NCBI GenBank assembly: GCA_031411255.1
Contig: JANOAS010000011.1
Span: forward strand, 36,376-100,375
Length of the DNA stretch: 64,000 bases
Direction: 5' to 3'
Source of the DNA: a bacterium
GTDB taxonomy: Bacteria; Verrucomicrobiota; Verrucomicrobiia; Verrucomicrobiales; V1-33
Of this stretch, positions 45,923 through 55,745 are shown piece after piece. Position numbers and translations under genes: made by a program. The notes under the pieces were generated by a model. That model saw nothing but the letters and a program-made list of their open reading frames with translations. It was not told the origin of the DNA and did not search any database. Position 1 is the stretch's first letter. Every line of letters begins with the position of its first letter.

Positions 45923-48900
45923 TCACGGCAGCAGCGTGACGCGGAAAAACGACCTCTGTGCCGTGGCAGGGGCGGTGGTGTGGGTGCCGGTGGCGCTGGT
46001 GGTGTTGACGACAGCGAGGGAGTGCCAGCCTGTGGCCAGCGTGTCGCTTGTTTCCACCACGAAGGAGAGGCCGGGGGCGGCGGGCCACGTGAGGGTGAGG
46101 GCACCGTTGCCGGCCACGGTGGCCGCGGCGGCGAAGGACTGTGCTCCGTTGGAGGGATCGAGGCCGAGGCGGTATTCCACGGCGTTGCTGGAGCCGTCGC
46201 CATCGCGGTCGGCAGCGCCGTCGGCGGGGTCCCAGTAGGCGAAGCCGTGGGTCATTTCCCAGGCGTCCTTCATGCCGTCGCTGTCTGTATCGGGGTCGGG
46301 TGGGGCGGTGGGGCGGGCGCCTGTGAGTTCGAGATTGAAGCTGACGTCGCTGCTGTCGGCGGCCTGCTGGTGGATCTCCACGGCGAGAATGTTCTCACCC
46401 TCGACGAGGCTGGCCGGGCTCAGTGTTTTCGTGAGCTGGGCTGCCTCTGCGGCACCGCTGATGCTGGTGAGCGCCGGCGTGGTCGGGCCGGCTCCGGCGG
46501 CGAGGTTGTCCCGCCAGATTTCCCCGCCGTTCAGGTAAACGGCCACGCCGTCATCCCGGAGCAGGCGGCCGGAAAGTCCGGTGACCTGGGCGGCGCCCGT
46601 CAAGGTGAAGCGCCGGCGAAACCACGTGGTGATGTAGCGGTTCGTGACGCCGGTCTGGTAGCCGGGGGTTGGGTTGTCCTCGACCACGGTGGTTTCATCC
46701 CCGTCGCCGTAGCCGAGTTCCGCCGGGCCGGATTTCCAGGTGGTGTCGGCAAAAGTGAGCTGCGTCCACGTGGAGGCGGGGGCCGTGCCGGTATCCAGGT
46801 AGCGCCAGGTGGCTCCCCACGGGCTGATGACGAATGGCGTGGTGCCGAGGCCGGTGGTGAGGACTGGGATGGACGTGGTGGTGGCGAAGGCATCGTCCAC
46901 GGCCACGGCGGTGAGCAGGTGGCTGCCAGCGGCCAGGCTGGTGAGGGCGAGTTCGTAGGGGGCGGTGGCGTCCTCGCCCAGCTTGAGGGAGCCGTCGTAG
47001 AATTCGACGCGCACGATCCCCCCGTCCGCATCGCCTGCCGTCGCAGTCACGGTGAAGGTGCCCGGCGGGCTGAAGGTGGAGAGATGCAGTGGCGAGGTGA
47101 TGGTGACGGCGGGCAGGGCGTTCGTGGCATTCGCTGCGCCGGGAGTGAGGCCCTGACCCTGCCAGTTTGCCGGCTCCAGGGCGAGTGCAGACGCGCTCAC
47201 GCGCTGAAGCGAGGGGCCTGAACCGTCTGCCGTGGCGGGCCAGGGGGGCTTGTCATTGTAGCGCAGGCTTTCCAAGCTGACGAAGCCGCCCGGGACAGCC
47301 GTGCTGGGCCGGTCCAGGGAAAGCGATTCGCCGCCATCGTCGAGCGTACCAGTGACCGGGCCGAAAATCGGAACGTTTGCCGGCACAGAATGGCGCGTGC
47401 GAAACGCCTCAGGATCGTCCGCGACGACGAGAAGGTACTGCCCGCCGTCAATGGCCGCACCGGCAGGAAAGGTGTAGCCGAACCCGTCGAGCCGCCAGCC
47501 TTCGAGGGACACGGCGGATGCGCCGAGGTTGCGCAGCTCGATCATTTCCGCAAAGCCCGCCGGAGGATGGTACCAGACCTCGTTGATGACAACGGGACCG
47601 ATGCGCGGCGTGGCAGCGACTGCGCCTGGTGTGGGGCTGGTGAGTGGCGTGAGGTGCTCTTCCCCGGTGGAGTCCACGATGCGGCCCAGGGAAAAGGTGT
47701 CGGTCCCGCCGAATTTCCACGCCTGGCTGAAGCCGGTGAGCGCTCCGCCGTTCGTGGCGAAAAGGAAGACGCTGCCGCCCGCTTCGTTGAGCGCGAAACC
47801 GAGCGCCGCTGCACTGAAGGACGCCGCGCCTCCGGGTGGGATGACGGTGGGTGCGGCGATGACCGCACGGGCCGGGATGAGCAGATCATCCGTGAGCAGC
47901 CATCCGCCGACATCGACAGGCGTGGTGCCCGTGTTTTGCAGCTCGATGAAGCCGGCGGCGCCTGCGCGAAGCTCACCGATCACGATGCGCGGGAGCACCG
48001 GCTCGGGATCCGCAGCGCCGGGCGAGCCGTAGAGCACACTGCTGGCACGCCAGCGGCGGCCCTCGTCCGGGGCCTGGGTGGTGGCGGGGGAAAGGTTGAC
48101 CAGGCTGAACCCGAGTCCGGCTGCGGCGGCGGGCCACGGAGGGGTGCTGTCGTAGAGGAGCGACAGAATTTTCGTGCCGCCGGGGGCGGAGAGCGTGATT
48201 CTCTCACCGGTGTTGTCGAGTTTCCCCGTGTGGGCCAGTGCGACCGGCACGCCGGGATACCGCAGGGCAAAGGCCGCCGGAGTGCGCGCCACCACGACGT
48301 AGCCGCCGGGCGCGAGAGTCGTGCCGGAGGCAAAAGTCCCGCCGATGCCCGCCGTGAAACCCAGCCCGCCGAGGTCGAGCGTGCGGGTGCCAGTGTTCGT
48401 CAGCTCGATGAACTCGAACTCCGAGCCCTCGATGCCTCCGCTGCCGGGTGCATTGAACATGACCTCGCTGATGGCCAGTTTCGTCAGGTCCTGGGCCAGG
48501 TAGTAGTCCGCCTCGACGAGCGGACTCCAGATCGCGCCGTTCTTCACTCGGGCGCGAAGCCGTGTGCCGTTCAGCAGGGTGAGGGGGCCGGACCAGACTT
48601 CTGCCGCAGGGTTCAGCCCGCCGCCGAAGAGCCGCGGGTCCGTGCCATCCCGGCTGAAATAAATCACCCCGGCCGGCACCGCCTGCGTCAGCGTGACCTG
48701 CGTGCCTGGCGCCACCGCGCCCGCCGGCGGAGAGAGGGCCGGGGCCTCGAGTGCGGGGAAATACCCGGCCTGCCTGAGCTGGGTGATGACGATGCCCGTG
48801 CGCGCGGGGAACCAGGAGTTCAGGAAATACTGGATGCGCGGCAGCCAGTGGTCGTCGCGGGTTAGCGGGGCGGCACGGGAGGCGTCGCCCCAGCGGGCGG

Positions 48901-51877
48901 ATTCGCCGATCACAGCCAGGTCGATCTCTGCGGCGCGCTGCTGCCAGACGGCAGCCTGGCTGGCCGGGGTGAGGGCTCCCCCCGCAAAGCAGTGCTTCTG
49001 CACGCGGTCGGCGAAGAGCGAGCGAAACTCGGCATTGGCCATGCACTTTTCCCACATGCGCCGCGGGTTCGACGAGGTGAGTGTGGCCCCGATGCTGGTA
49101 GGCGGCCAGGTCACGTTCTGGTTCACGTCGAACATCGAGTACTCCGAGTCGTGGCAGAAAAACTTCCACCCGGCCCGTCCGTCGCGCGGTCGCACGCCGA
49201 AGAAGTTGTTCGGGGTGCCGCCGTCGAGAAAGACGGGGCCGTCGCGATTGTCGATGATGAAATTCATCAGCATGTAGTCGCAGAGGTTCACCGCGTCGAG
49301 GTGGACGGGGAGCGCCGGATTGCGCGTACCGTCCGGGTTGTTTCCCAGGAGGGCCTGGAGCGCCGCATCACTGGCCACGCCGGCCTCGGTAAGGGTCCAG
49401 AGCTGTGTCCACGCAGTGAGGGAGCCGGCGGCCAGCTGGGTGGTAAAGCTGTCGACCTTCACGATGTCGTAGTCCTCATCCGCGCCGCCGAGCCAGGTGA
49501 CGGCCAGGCTTGGGTTGACGCGCTCCTCGGTGTTGTAGAGGCCCCAGTACTGGCCATTGATGAATAGGTGGTAGAAATTTCCCCGGGTGGTGGGCTGGCC
49601 CATCGCGCCCATGAGATCCCGGGCGAACGAATCCGTGACGAAGGTGGCGTCCGTGCTGGCAAGGTAGGCCCAGGAGAAATCCTGAGAGGTGCGCAGATCG
49701 ACGACGTCCTGCCTGTCCGCGCCGCCCGGACCGAAGAGCGGGTAGTCCAGCTTTCCCGCGCCGTAGCGCTCGCGGAAGAAGATGCGGAAGGAGTGCTTCG
49801 GGTTGTTCGCGTCGCGGGAAAAATTTCCGCGGATGCGCAGGCCGCCGTCCTCCTGAAACCCTGGCGAGCCGTCTGGATTGAGCAGTTCCAATGAGGCGGG
49901 GCGCTCCCAGGCATCGCCATTCTGAGCGGCGTTCGAGTAGATGCCGGTGCTGCTGTCGAAGAGGTCCGCCAGTTTCACGACGAGGCTGAGGGCGGGGATG
50001 GCACGCATGGCTCCGGGCGCCCTGCTTTCGTAAGGTGCTCCCGGCCCGATGACCTCCGGGTCCATGCCGTAGTCGACCCGGTTTGATCCCCACGTGAACG
50101 GCCAGCCGGGTGGCACGGCGCCGGTGGGTGACTGCGTGAGCACGTCAGCCAGGAAAAGATATGTGCGTGTGGTGACGTCGCTGGTGGCCAGCCCCGGGGC
50201 GAAGGCGGCGGCGCGGAGAACCGTGGTGGAGGTGAAGGTGAGCGGCGGTGTGTAGGGCGGGCTGGAAGCGGTGGGCGGGGTGCCGTCCGTGGTGTAGCGG
50301 ATGATGGCGCCCGGCGTGGTGCTCGTGAGGGCGGGGGAGACTGGCTGCGCGTAATAGCCTGCGGGGACGCCCACGGCTGGCGCAGCGGTGATCCCGGCGT
50401 ATTCCGCGCCGGCATTTGCCGCGCCCGGTGTGGGGGTGGCAAAGAAGCGTGCCTGGCCGCTGGAGCCGGCGCCGTAGCTGAGGCCGGGCTGTTGTGCGGG
50501 CAGCGGGGAAAAGGCGGACACCAGCTGCCGGGGGGCTGCGGCATTAAAGAGGTGCAGGCTGCCGCCGCTGAGGTTCAGATTGAAATTGGCATGCAGCTCG
50601 CCGGTGAGTGGAGTCCGGTTTTTTCCGGACAAAAAGACCGTGAGAAACCCGCCCGCGGCCAGACTGCGCGCGGGCAGGATCCATTTGTCAGGCACGGCGG
50701 GATCATCCGTGAGCGACCATCCGTCGAGATTCACGGCACTGGGGCCGGTATTGAGCAGCTCGACCCAGTCCTCTGCATCGCCATCCGCATCCAGGAGTCC
50801 GCCTGGCACACCGGCGGCGACGACTTCGTTCAGCCGCACCTGTTCCAGCGGGGCGCTGGCATCAACCGTGACGGACCACGATGCTCCGGCGAAGGGAACT
50901 GGCGGCGTCTCTCCGTCCACGATGCCATGACCCGATGTGAAGGCGAGGCTGACCACGCCGGCAGGCTGCGCGGGGAAGGTCCAGCGGTACGAGTTGTTCC
51001 CCAGCGCCGCCACGGCGGCGGCTGGCACTCCGGCAACGAGGAGGTCCGCTGCATCCACCCCGGTCACGGGCTCGCTGAACTGCACATCCACCTGCGTGAG
51101 TGATCGCGTCTGCGCACCCTGCGGAGGGGCGGTGGCGGTGATGACCGGCGCCGTCGGGCCGGAGACGATGGGGGTGTCCCGGTCTGTGGCGATTTCCAAC
51201 GTCGTCAGCGCGCGGTTGTACAGCCGGATTTCATCGATGCGCCCCTGCCACCATTCGCTCCAGATGGAGTTTCCGCCGATCCGGAGGGGGCTGGCGGACT
51301 GCTCGAAGGCTCCGGTCCTGGCCACGCTGGAGACCAGATCACCGTTGCGATAGACGCGAATGGTGGAGCCGTCGTAGGTCATTGCGACGTGGGTCCACTG
51401 GTTGAGCGGAAGCGCCGCCCCGCCGCTCGTCTCCACGTACGTGCCGGTGAAGCGGCCTCCTCCGTTCACCACGTCGCCGGGGCCGGAGTACAAATAATAG
51501 CAGGCCTCCCCCGGAGCTTCCTTCAGCACTACGGTCCGGTAGCTGGACAGCGCGACCGGGTAGACCCAGGCCATGACCGTGGCGGTGGACGAGAGGTCCA
51601 GCTGGGGGTGGTCCGGGATGGTGACCCAGTCATTCACCCCGTCAAAGCTGAGCCCGCTGCCGTATTTCCCGGAGGGCGTCCACACTGCGCCGGAGAGCGT
51701 TCCCTCGTGGTGTGCCGGCGTTGCGTCCGTGATCGTGCCGCCTGTTCCTTCATTGCAGTGAAAGGCCGCGACCAGACCCGACTGCCCTTGGGCGGAGAGG
51801 GGGACGACGAGAAAGAGGAGGGCGAGGGCGCGCGATTTCATGGAGCGTGTGGCTGCAGGCTGGCAGGGTGCCAACAT
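45923..51877 (-). CDS. giant secreted multidomain protein: LamG-like, lamin-tail domains, CotH kinase-like, CHB_HEX_C-like, Ig-like, Ca-binding thrombospondin-type repeats
   Basis: 1984 aa with a signal peptide, a ConA/LamG-like N-domain, repeated LTD signatures (VINEV...NTG...LDGW.L), a CotH core (GLRIRGNFSRDANNPKHSFRIFFRERYG) and DPDTDSDG Ca-binding repeats. Confidence 0.8.
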   Translation of the reverse strand: MLAPCQPAATRSMKSRALALLFLVVPLSAQGQSGLVAAFHCNEGTGGTITDATPAHHEGTLSGAVWTPSGKYGSGLSFDGVNDWVTIPDHPQLDLSSTATVMAWVYPVALSSYRTVVLKEAPGEACYYLYSGPGDVVNGGGRFTGTYVETSGGAALPLNQWTHVAMTYDGSTIRVYRNGDLVSSVARTGAFEQSASPLRIGGNSIWSEWWQGRIDEIRLYNRALTTLEIATDRDTPIVSGPTAPVITATAPPQGAQTRSLTQVDVQFSEPVTGVDAADLLVAGVPAAAVAALGNNSYRWTFPAQPAGVVSLAFTSGHGIVDGETPPVPFAGASWSVTVDASAPLEQVRLNEVVAAGVPGGLLDADGDAEDWVELLNTGPSAVNLDGWSLTDDPAVPDKWILPARSLAAGGFLTVFLSGKNRTPLTGELHANFNLNLSGGSLHLFNAAAPRQLVSAFSPLPAQQPGLSYGAGSSGQARFFATPTPGAANAGAEYAGITAAPAVGVPAGYYAQPVSPALTSTTPGAIIRYTTDGTPPTASSPPYTPPLTFTSTTVLRAAAFAPGLATSDVTTRTYLFLADVLTQSPTGAVPPGWPFTWGSNRVDYGMDPEVIGPGAPYESRAPGAMRAIPALSLVVKLADLFDSSTGIYSNAAQNGDAWERPASLELLNPDGSPGFQEDGGLRIRGNFSRDANNPKHSFRIFFRERYGAGKLDYPLFGPGGADRQDVVDLRTSQDFSWAYLASTDATFVTDSFARDLMGAMGQPTTRGNFYHLFINGQYWGLYNTEERVNPSLAVTWLGGADEDYDIVKVDSFTTQLAAGSLTAWTQLWTLTEAGVASDAALQALLGNNPDGTRNPALPVHLDAVNLCDYMLMNFIIDNRDGPVFLDGGTPNNFFGVRPRDGRAGWKFFCHDSEYSMFDVNQNVTWPPTSIGATLTSSNPRRMWEKCMANAEFRSLFADRVQKHCFAGGALTPASQAAVWQQRAAEIDLAVIGESARWGDASRAAPLTRDDHWLPRIQYFLNSWFPARTGIVITQLRQAGYFPALEAPALSPPAGAVAPGTQVTLTQAVPAGVIYFSRDGTDPRLFGGGLNPAAEVWSGPLTLLNGTRLRARVKNGAIWSPLVEADYYLAQDLTKLAISEVMFNAPGSGGIEGSEFEFIELTNTGTRTLDLGGLGFTAGIGGTFASGTTLAPGGYVVVARTPAAFALRYPGVPVALAHTGKLDNTGERITLSAPGGTKILSLLYDSTPPWPAAAAGLGFSLVNLSPATTQAPDEGRRWRASSVLYGSPGAADPEPVLPRIVIGELRAGAAGFIELQNTGTTPVDVGGWLLTDDLLIPARAVIAAPTVIPPGGAASFSAAALGFALNEAGGSVFLFATNGGALTGFSQAWKFGGTDTFSLGRIVDSTGEEHLTPLTSPTPGAVAATPRIGPVVINEVWYHPPAGFAEMIELRNLGASAVSLEGWRLDGFGYTFPAGAAIDGGQYLLVVADDPEAFRTRHSVPANVPIFGPVTGTLDDGGESLSLDRPSTAVPGGFVSLESLRYNDKPPWPATADGSGPSLQRVSASALALEPANWQGQGLTPGAANATNALPAVTITSPLHLSTFSPPGTFTVTATAGDADGGIVRVEFYDGSLKLGEDATAPYELALTSLAAGSHLLTAVAVDDAFATTTSIPVLTTGLGTTPFVISPWGATWRYLDTGTAPASTWTQLTFADTTWKSGPAELGYGDGDETTVVEDNPTPGYQTGVTNRYITTWFRRRFTLTGAAQVTGLSGRLLRDDGVAVYLNGGEIWRDNLAAGAGPTTPALTSISGAAEAAQLTKTLSPASLVEGENILAVEIHQQAADSSDVSFNLELTGARPTAPPDPDTDSDGMKDAWEMTHGFAYWDPADGAADRDGDGSSNAVEYRLGLDPSNGAQSFAAAATVAGNGALTLTWPAAPGLSFVVETSDTLATGWHSLAVVNTTSATGTHTTAPATAQRSFFRVTLLP

Positions 51878-51958
51878 GCCTCACGTTCCGGGTTTAGACA
51901 AAGGATCTTTGGCTGCAGGGGAGGGCGAATGGGCGCGGATTTGTCCGCCCCGCCTGCG

Positions 51959-53356
51959 TCACTTTCGGGCCTTCTTTTTCCCGGGCTTCCCGACTGGGGG
52001 CGTCCAGTCTGCTGGAGCAGGGCTGGCCACGGTGAGAGGTGCCTTGTCGGCGTGCGAGGTCATCTCCTTTTGCAGCAGGGCTGTCATCTCCGAGAGCTTC
52101 GCGGCGTGCTCCGGCAGGGTGGCGAGGTTTTTCAGCTCGCGAGGGTCGGCGGTGAGGTCGAAGAGCTGGGTGCGGTCGACGAGCGGGTAGCGGATGAGCT
52201 TCCACCGGTCGTCGCGAACGGCTCGCTGGCAGTTGCGGTAGGCGGTGTAGAGCACGTCGCGGACTTTGGTTTCCTTTCCGCTGAGCAGCGGCGCGAGGTT
52301 TTTCCCCTCCACGCCTTCCGGCAGCGCGGCTCCGGCGATCCCGGCGATGGTGGGGAAGAGGTCCATCAGGTAGACGAGCGCCCCGCTGCGTCCCTTAGTG
52401 ATGCCCGGTCCAGCGATGACGAACGGGACGTGGAAGCCGCCAAATTCATAGAGGTTCTGCTTTCCGAAGAGGCCGTGCTCGCCCAGGGAAAGACCGTTGT
52501 CGCCGGTGAAGATGATGATCGTGTTCTCCCACTGGCCGCTGGATTTCAGCTCGTCAAAAATGCGGCCCATGTGGTGGTCGAGGCCGGTGACGCAGGCGTA
52601 GTAGTCGGCCAGCTGGCTGCGGGTGTCCCCGGGTGTGCGGGGCCAGGGCGCGAGCTGCTCGTCCCGGACAGTCATCTCGCCATTGTCCCACTGGTGCTGG
52701 GGCAGGAAGGCTTCCGGTAGCGGGATTTTTTCCGGATCATAGAGCTGGCGGAAGCGGGGTTCTGCGGAGCGCGGGTCGTGGGGGACGGGCGGGGCGAGGT
52801 AAATGTAGAAGGGCTTTTCTGCTGCGGCCGTCTGGCGGGATTTGAGAAAAGCGATGGTGCGGGTGGCGAGGCGCTCGCTGGAGTGGGCGCGGTCACTTTC
52901 CGGGGTGGGGCCGCCGGCATCATCGAGAATGCTGGTCTCAAACTCGCGGAGCCCGGCGGGAAAGCCGTTGCCCCTTTTTCCCATGTGCCACGTCTGGTAG
53001 CCGGCGGCGGCCACGATGCGCGGGAGAAAGGTGGCGGGATCTGCGGCATTGGGCGCGGCGCCGGGTGCGCCAGGGATGCGTTGCCAGGAGCGCCCGGTGA
53101 GCATCATGGTGCGGCTGGGCGTGCAGACCGCGCCGATCATGGACCCCATGGTGTAGCAGCGGGTGAAGGTAATGCCGCGCTCCACGAGGGTGTCCAGATG
53201 CGGCGTCTGCAGAACGGCGGTGCCGAGGGCGTGCAGGCCGTCGGCCCGGTGATCGTCCGCGTGGATGTGCAGGATGTTCGGCCGGGCTGCCGCAGCGGGT
53301 GCAGGGAGCGCGGCACTGGCGAGAAGGATAAGGGCAAAGAGGATGGCTGTTTTCAT
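51959..53356 (-). CDS. sulfatase (formylglycine-dependent, arylsulfatase family)
   Basis: Signal peptide and a CTPSR formylglycine motif with downstream GRSWQR. Start at ATG 53356 overlaps the upstream sulfatase stop. Confidence 0.85.
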   Translation of the reverse strand: MKTAILFALILLASAALPAPAAAARPNILHIHADDHRADGLHALGTAVLQTPHLDTLVERGITFTRCYTMGSMIGAVCTPSRTMMLTGRSWQRIPGAPGAAPNAADPATFLPRIVAAAGYQTWHMGKRGNGFPAGLREFETSILDDAGGPTPESDRAHSSERLATRTIAFLKSRQTAAAEKPFYIYLAPPVPHDPRSAEPRFRQLYDPEKIPLPEAFLPQHQWDNGEMTVRDEQLAPWPRTPGDTRSQLADYYACVTGLDHHMGRIFDELKSSGQWENTIIIFTGDNGLSLGEHGLFGKQNLYEFGGFHVPFVIAGPGITKGRSGALVYLMDLFPTIAGIAGAALPEGVEGKNLAPLLSGKETKVRDVLYTAYRNCQRAVRDDRWKLIRYPLVDRTQLFDLTADPRELKNLATLPEHAAKLSEMTALLQKEMTSHADKAPLTVASPAPADWTPPVGKPGKKKARK

Positions 53357-54783
53357 GGTTTTGTTTCGGGGCCGGGTTTGGAGGTGGCTTTGCCGGGCTT
53401 GCTTGGTTTCGCGTTTTTCTGGTTGGCTCCGCCGGGGCCCCAGTCCTCGTTCTTGACCGTGGAGCCGGGGAAGGCGGGCGCGATGAGCTCCTTGTCCCAA
53501 GCGTCCACCACTGCGGTGAGCCGGGCGGCAATGTCAGGTTTCTCGGCGGCGAGATCCTTCGTTTCGCCAAGGTCGGCGGCCAGGTCGTAGAGTTCGGCGG
53601 AGGTATTCTGACGGCGGACCAGCTTCCACTGTCCCTCGCGCACGGCGTGGGCGGCGCCGGCTCCGCTGCGCCAGAAGAGCCTGTCATGCGGCGGTTCCTT
53701 TTTTTCCCCGGCCAGGTGCGGAATGAGGTTCACACTGTCGTATTTTTTATCCGCAGGCATGGGCAGCCCGGCAGCGGCCAGCGTGGTGGCGAAGACGTCC
53801 AGCGATGAGACCGGGGCTTCAGACGTGGAGCCAGCAGGCAGTTTTCCCGGCCAGCTGACGAGGAAGGGAACGCGCACACCGCCCTCGTAGAGATCGCCCT
53901 TTCCGCCGTGGAGCGGGCCGTTGGTGGAGCCGTTGCCTCCGCCTTTTTTCACGGGGCCGCCATTGTCGGAGAAAAAGAAAATCAGCGTCCGCTGTGCCTG
54001 CCGGGTGGAGGAGAGAGAGTCCGTCACCACGCCCACTGCGTCGTCCAGCAGGCTGACCTGTGCGGCGTATTTCCGGCGCGCCGGGTCCTGGATGGAGGAG
54101 AATTTTTCCAGCTTTTCCGGCGTCGGCTCCTGCGGGCTGTGCGGGGCATTGAAGGCGAGGTAGAGGAACCACGGGGCGTCTGTGTGGCGCTTCACGAAGG
54201 CCGCTGCCTCGTCGCCGAAGCGGGTGGTGAGGTGCCCAGGCACATCGGCGGGTTCGCCATTTTTCATGACGGGCAGGGTGTATTGCCGTTCATTCGGCTG
54301 CCAGCCGAGGAACCGATGGCCGCCTCCGATGAAGCCAAAGGTCTCTGCGAAGCCGCGCTGCGCCGGCGTGTGCGAGGGTGAGGCACCGAGGTGCCACTTG
54401 CCCACCCAGCCGGTGGCGTAGCCTGCGGCGCGCAGTGGTTCGGGGAGCAGCTTTTCAGTCAGGGGCAGGCCCTCGGCTTCGTCGAGTGGATCGTAGACCG
54501 GGTTGTTCGCATGACCGAACCGCTGCTGGTGGCGCCCGGTGAGGAGGCCGGCGCGCGTGGGGCTGCAGAAGGGGTGGGAGACGTAGCCGCTGGTGCAGCG
54601 CACGCCGGATTTCGCCAGGGCATCAAGGTGCGGCGTCGGGATGTCCCCGCAGCCCTGAAAGCCGGTGTCAGCGTAGCCCTGGTCATCGCTCACGATGACG
54701 AGGATGTTCGGTTTGTCAGGCACTGCGGCGGCAATGGCCGCGAGCATCATGGCGGCAAGGAATGAGGCGGCGGGGCGGATCAT
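53353..54783 (-). CDS. sulfatase (formylglycine-dependent)
   Basis: Signal peptide, CSPTR motif and the VSDDQGY N-terminal metal-binding motif. Confidence 0.85.
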   Translation of the reverse strand: MIRPAASFLAAMMLAAIAAAVPDKPNILVIVSDDQGYADTGFQGCGDIPTPHLDALAKSGVRCTSGYVSHPFCSPTRAGLLTGRHQQRFGHANNPVYDPLDEAEGLPLTEKLLPEPLRAAGYATGWVGKWHLGASPSHTPAQRGFAETFGFIGGGHRFLGWQPNERQYTLPVMKNGEPADVPGHLTTRFGDEAAAFVKRHTDAPWFLYLAFNAPHSPQEPTPEKLEKFSSIQDPARRKYAAQVSLLDDAVGVVTDSLSSTRQAQRTLIFFFSDNGGPVKKGGGNGSTNGPLHGGKGDLYEGGVRVPFLVSWPGKLPAGSTSEAPVSSLDVFATTLAAAGLPMPADKKYDSVNLIPHLAGEKKEPPHDRLFWRSGAGAAHAVREGQWKLVRRQNTSAELYDLAADLGETKDLAAEKPDIAARLTAVVDAWDKELIAPAFPGSTVKNEDWGPGGANQKNAKPSKPGKATSKPGPETKP

Positions 54784-55745
54784 TTTGGCTTTATGGGTTG
54801 TAAAAGGGTGATGGTGAAAACGCCGATGCTGTTGTGATCCCAGCTGGCGTGCGAGGCCGCACCGAAAAAGAGCCGGCCTGCGCTGCCGGTGGCGTCCGGC
54901 AGAAAAAACGGAGTGACCTGGCCGAAGCGGTCCTCTGCTCCGCCCGAGAGTCCGGTGAGTGCTCCGCAGGGCGTCCAGGAAAGTCCGTCCCGGCTGGCGG
55001 CCACGCGGGTGCCGGTTCCGGATTCAAAGACCATGAGGTAATCCGCCCCCCGCCTCAGCACCTGCACTGCGCCCGCTCCTTCCCCGAAGACGGGTTCCTG
55101 TCGCCGCACCCAGTGCAGGCCGTCTTTCGACTCCGCATACCCCACGGCCCGGCCCTGCGCCTTCACCCGCGCCGCCGTTGCGCTGGCCGCCGCAGCTTCG
55201 GCACCCGGCTGGCCGTCATACCACATTTTGAAGATTCCCTTTTCTCGCAGGACCGATGGCCGCCCCACCTTCGCCGAGTCCCAGGCCGTGCCAGCCCCGC
55301 GCCCCAGGACGACGCCCAGCTTTTTCCACGTCATGCCGTCTGGGGATGTGGCAGCGGCAATTTCGTCGTGCTCGCCCGATTCCGCCACGGTGTAAAACAT
55401 CCACCACACGCGCTCCGCCCGCACCACGGTGGGGTCGTTCACATGGTTGGCCGTGCCGCAGTCGACCACCACGCCTCGTTTTGTCCACCTCGCGCCATCG
55501 GCGGACTGCGCGAGGTGAATCCGGTCGTGCCCGTCCGCCCCCTGCCCGCCATACCACATGAGCCACGACACTTCGTCGCGGTGCACCTCGGGGGCGTAGA
55601 CATTGCCCCCGCCATGCGGGGCGGACTCAGTCGCGCCCTCACCCCGGAGCAGAATGCTGAGTGCCGGGCCATCCGCGCAGAGCTGACCGGCGCTCATCAG
55701 CACAATCATCGCGGTGGCTCGAAAAAGTGTCGCGCGCCCTTTCAT
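54780..55745 (-). CDS. putative glycoside hydrolase with a five-bladed beta-propeller (GH43/GH32/GH117-like)
   Basis: Signal peptide and repeated W..Y.G / DP.VV propeller-like motifs. Operon with sulfatases. Confidence 0.5.
   Translation of the reverse strand: MKGRATLFRATAMIVLMSAGQLCADGPALSILLRGEGATESAPHGGGNVYAPEVHRDEVSWLMWYGGQGADGHDRIHLAQSADGARWTKRGVVVDCGTANHVNDPTVVRAERVWWMFYTVAESGEHDEIAAATSPDGMTWKKLGVVLGRGAGTAWDSAKVGRPSVLREKGIFKMWYDGQPGAEAAAASATAARVKAQGRAVGYAESKDGLHWVRRQEPVFGEGAGAVQVLRRGADYLMVFESGTGTRVAASRDGLSWTPCGALTGLSGGAEDRFGQVTPFFLPDATGSAGRLFFGAASHASWDHNSIGVFTITLLQPIKPK

Noticed and set aside
45667-46203. Pro/Ser-rich 179-aa N-terminal extension of the PBP1A ORF
   Set aside because: Overlaps the 3' end of the giant CotH gene by about 280 bp, and low-complexity. 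The start was set at the ATG preceding the TM helix instead, though a slightly longer cytoplasmic tail cannot be excluded.
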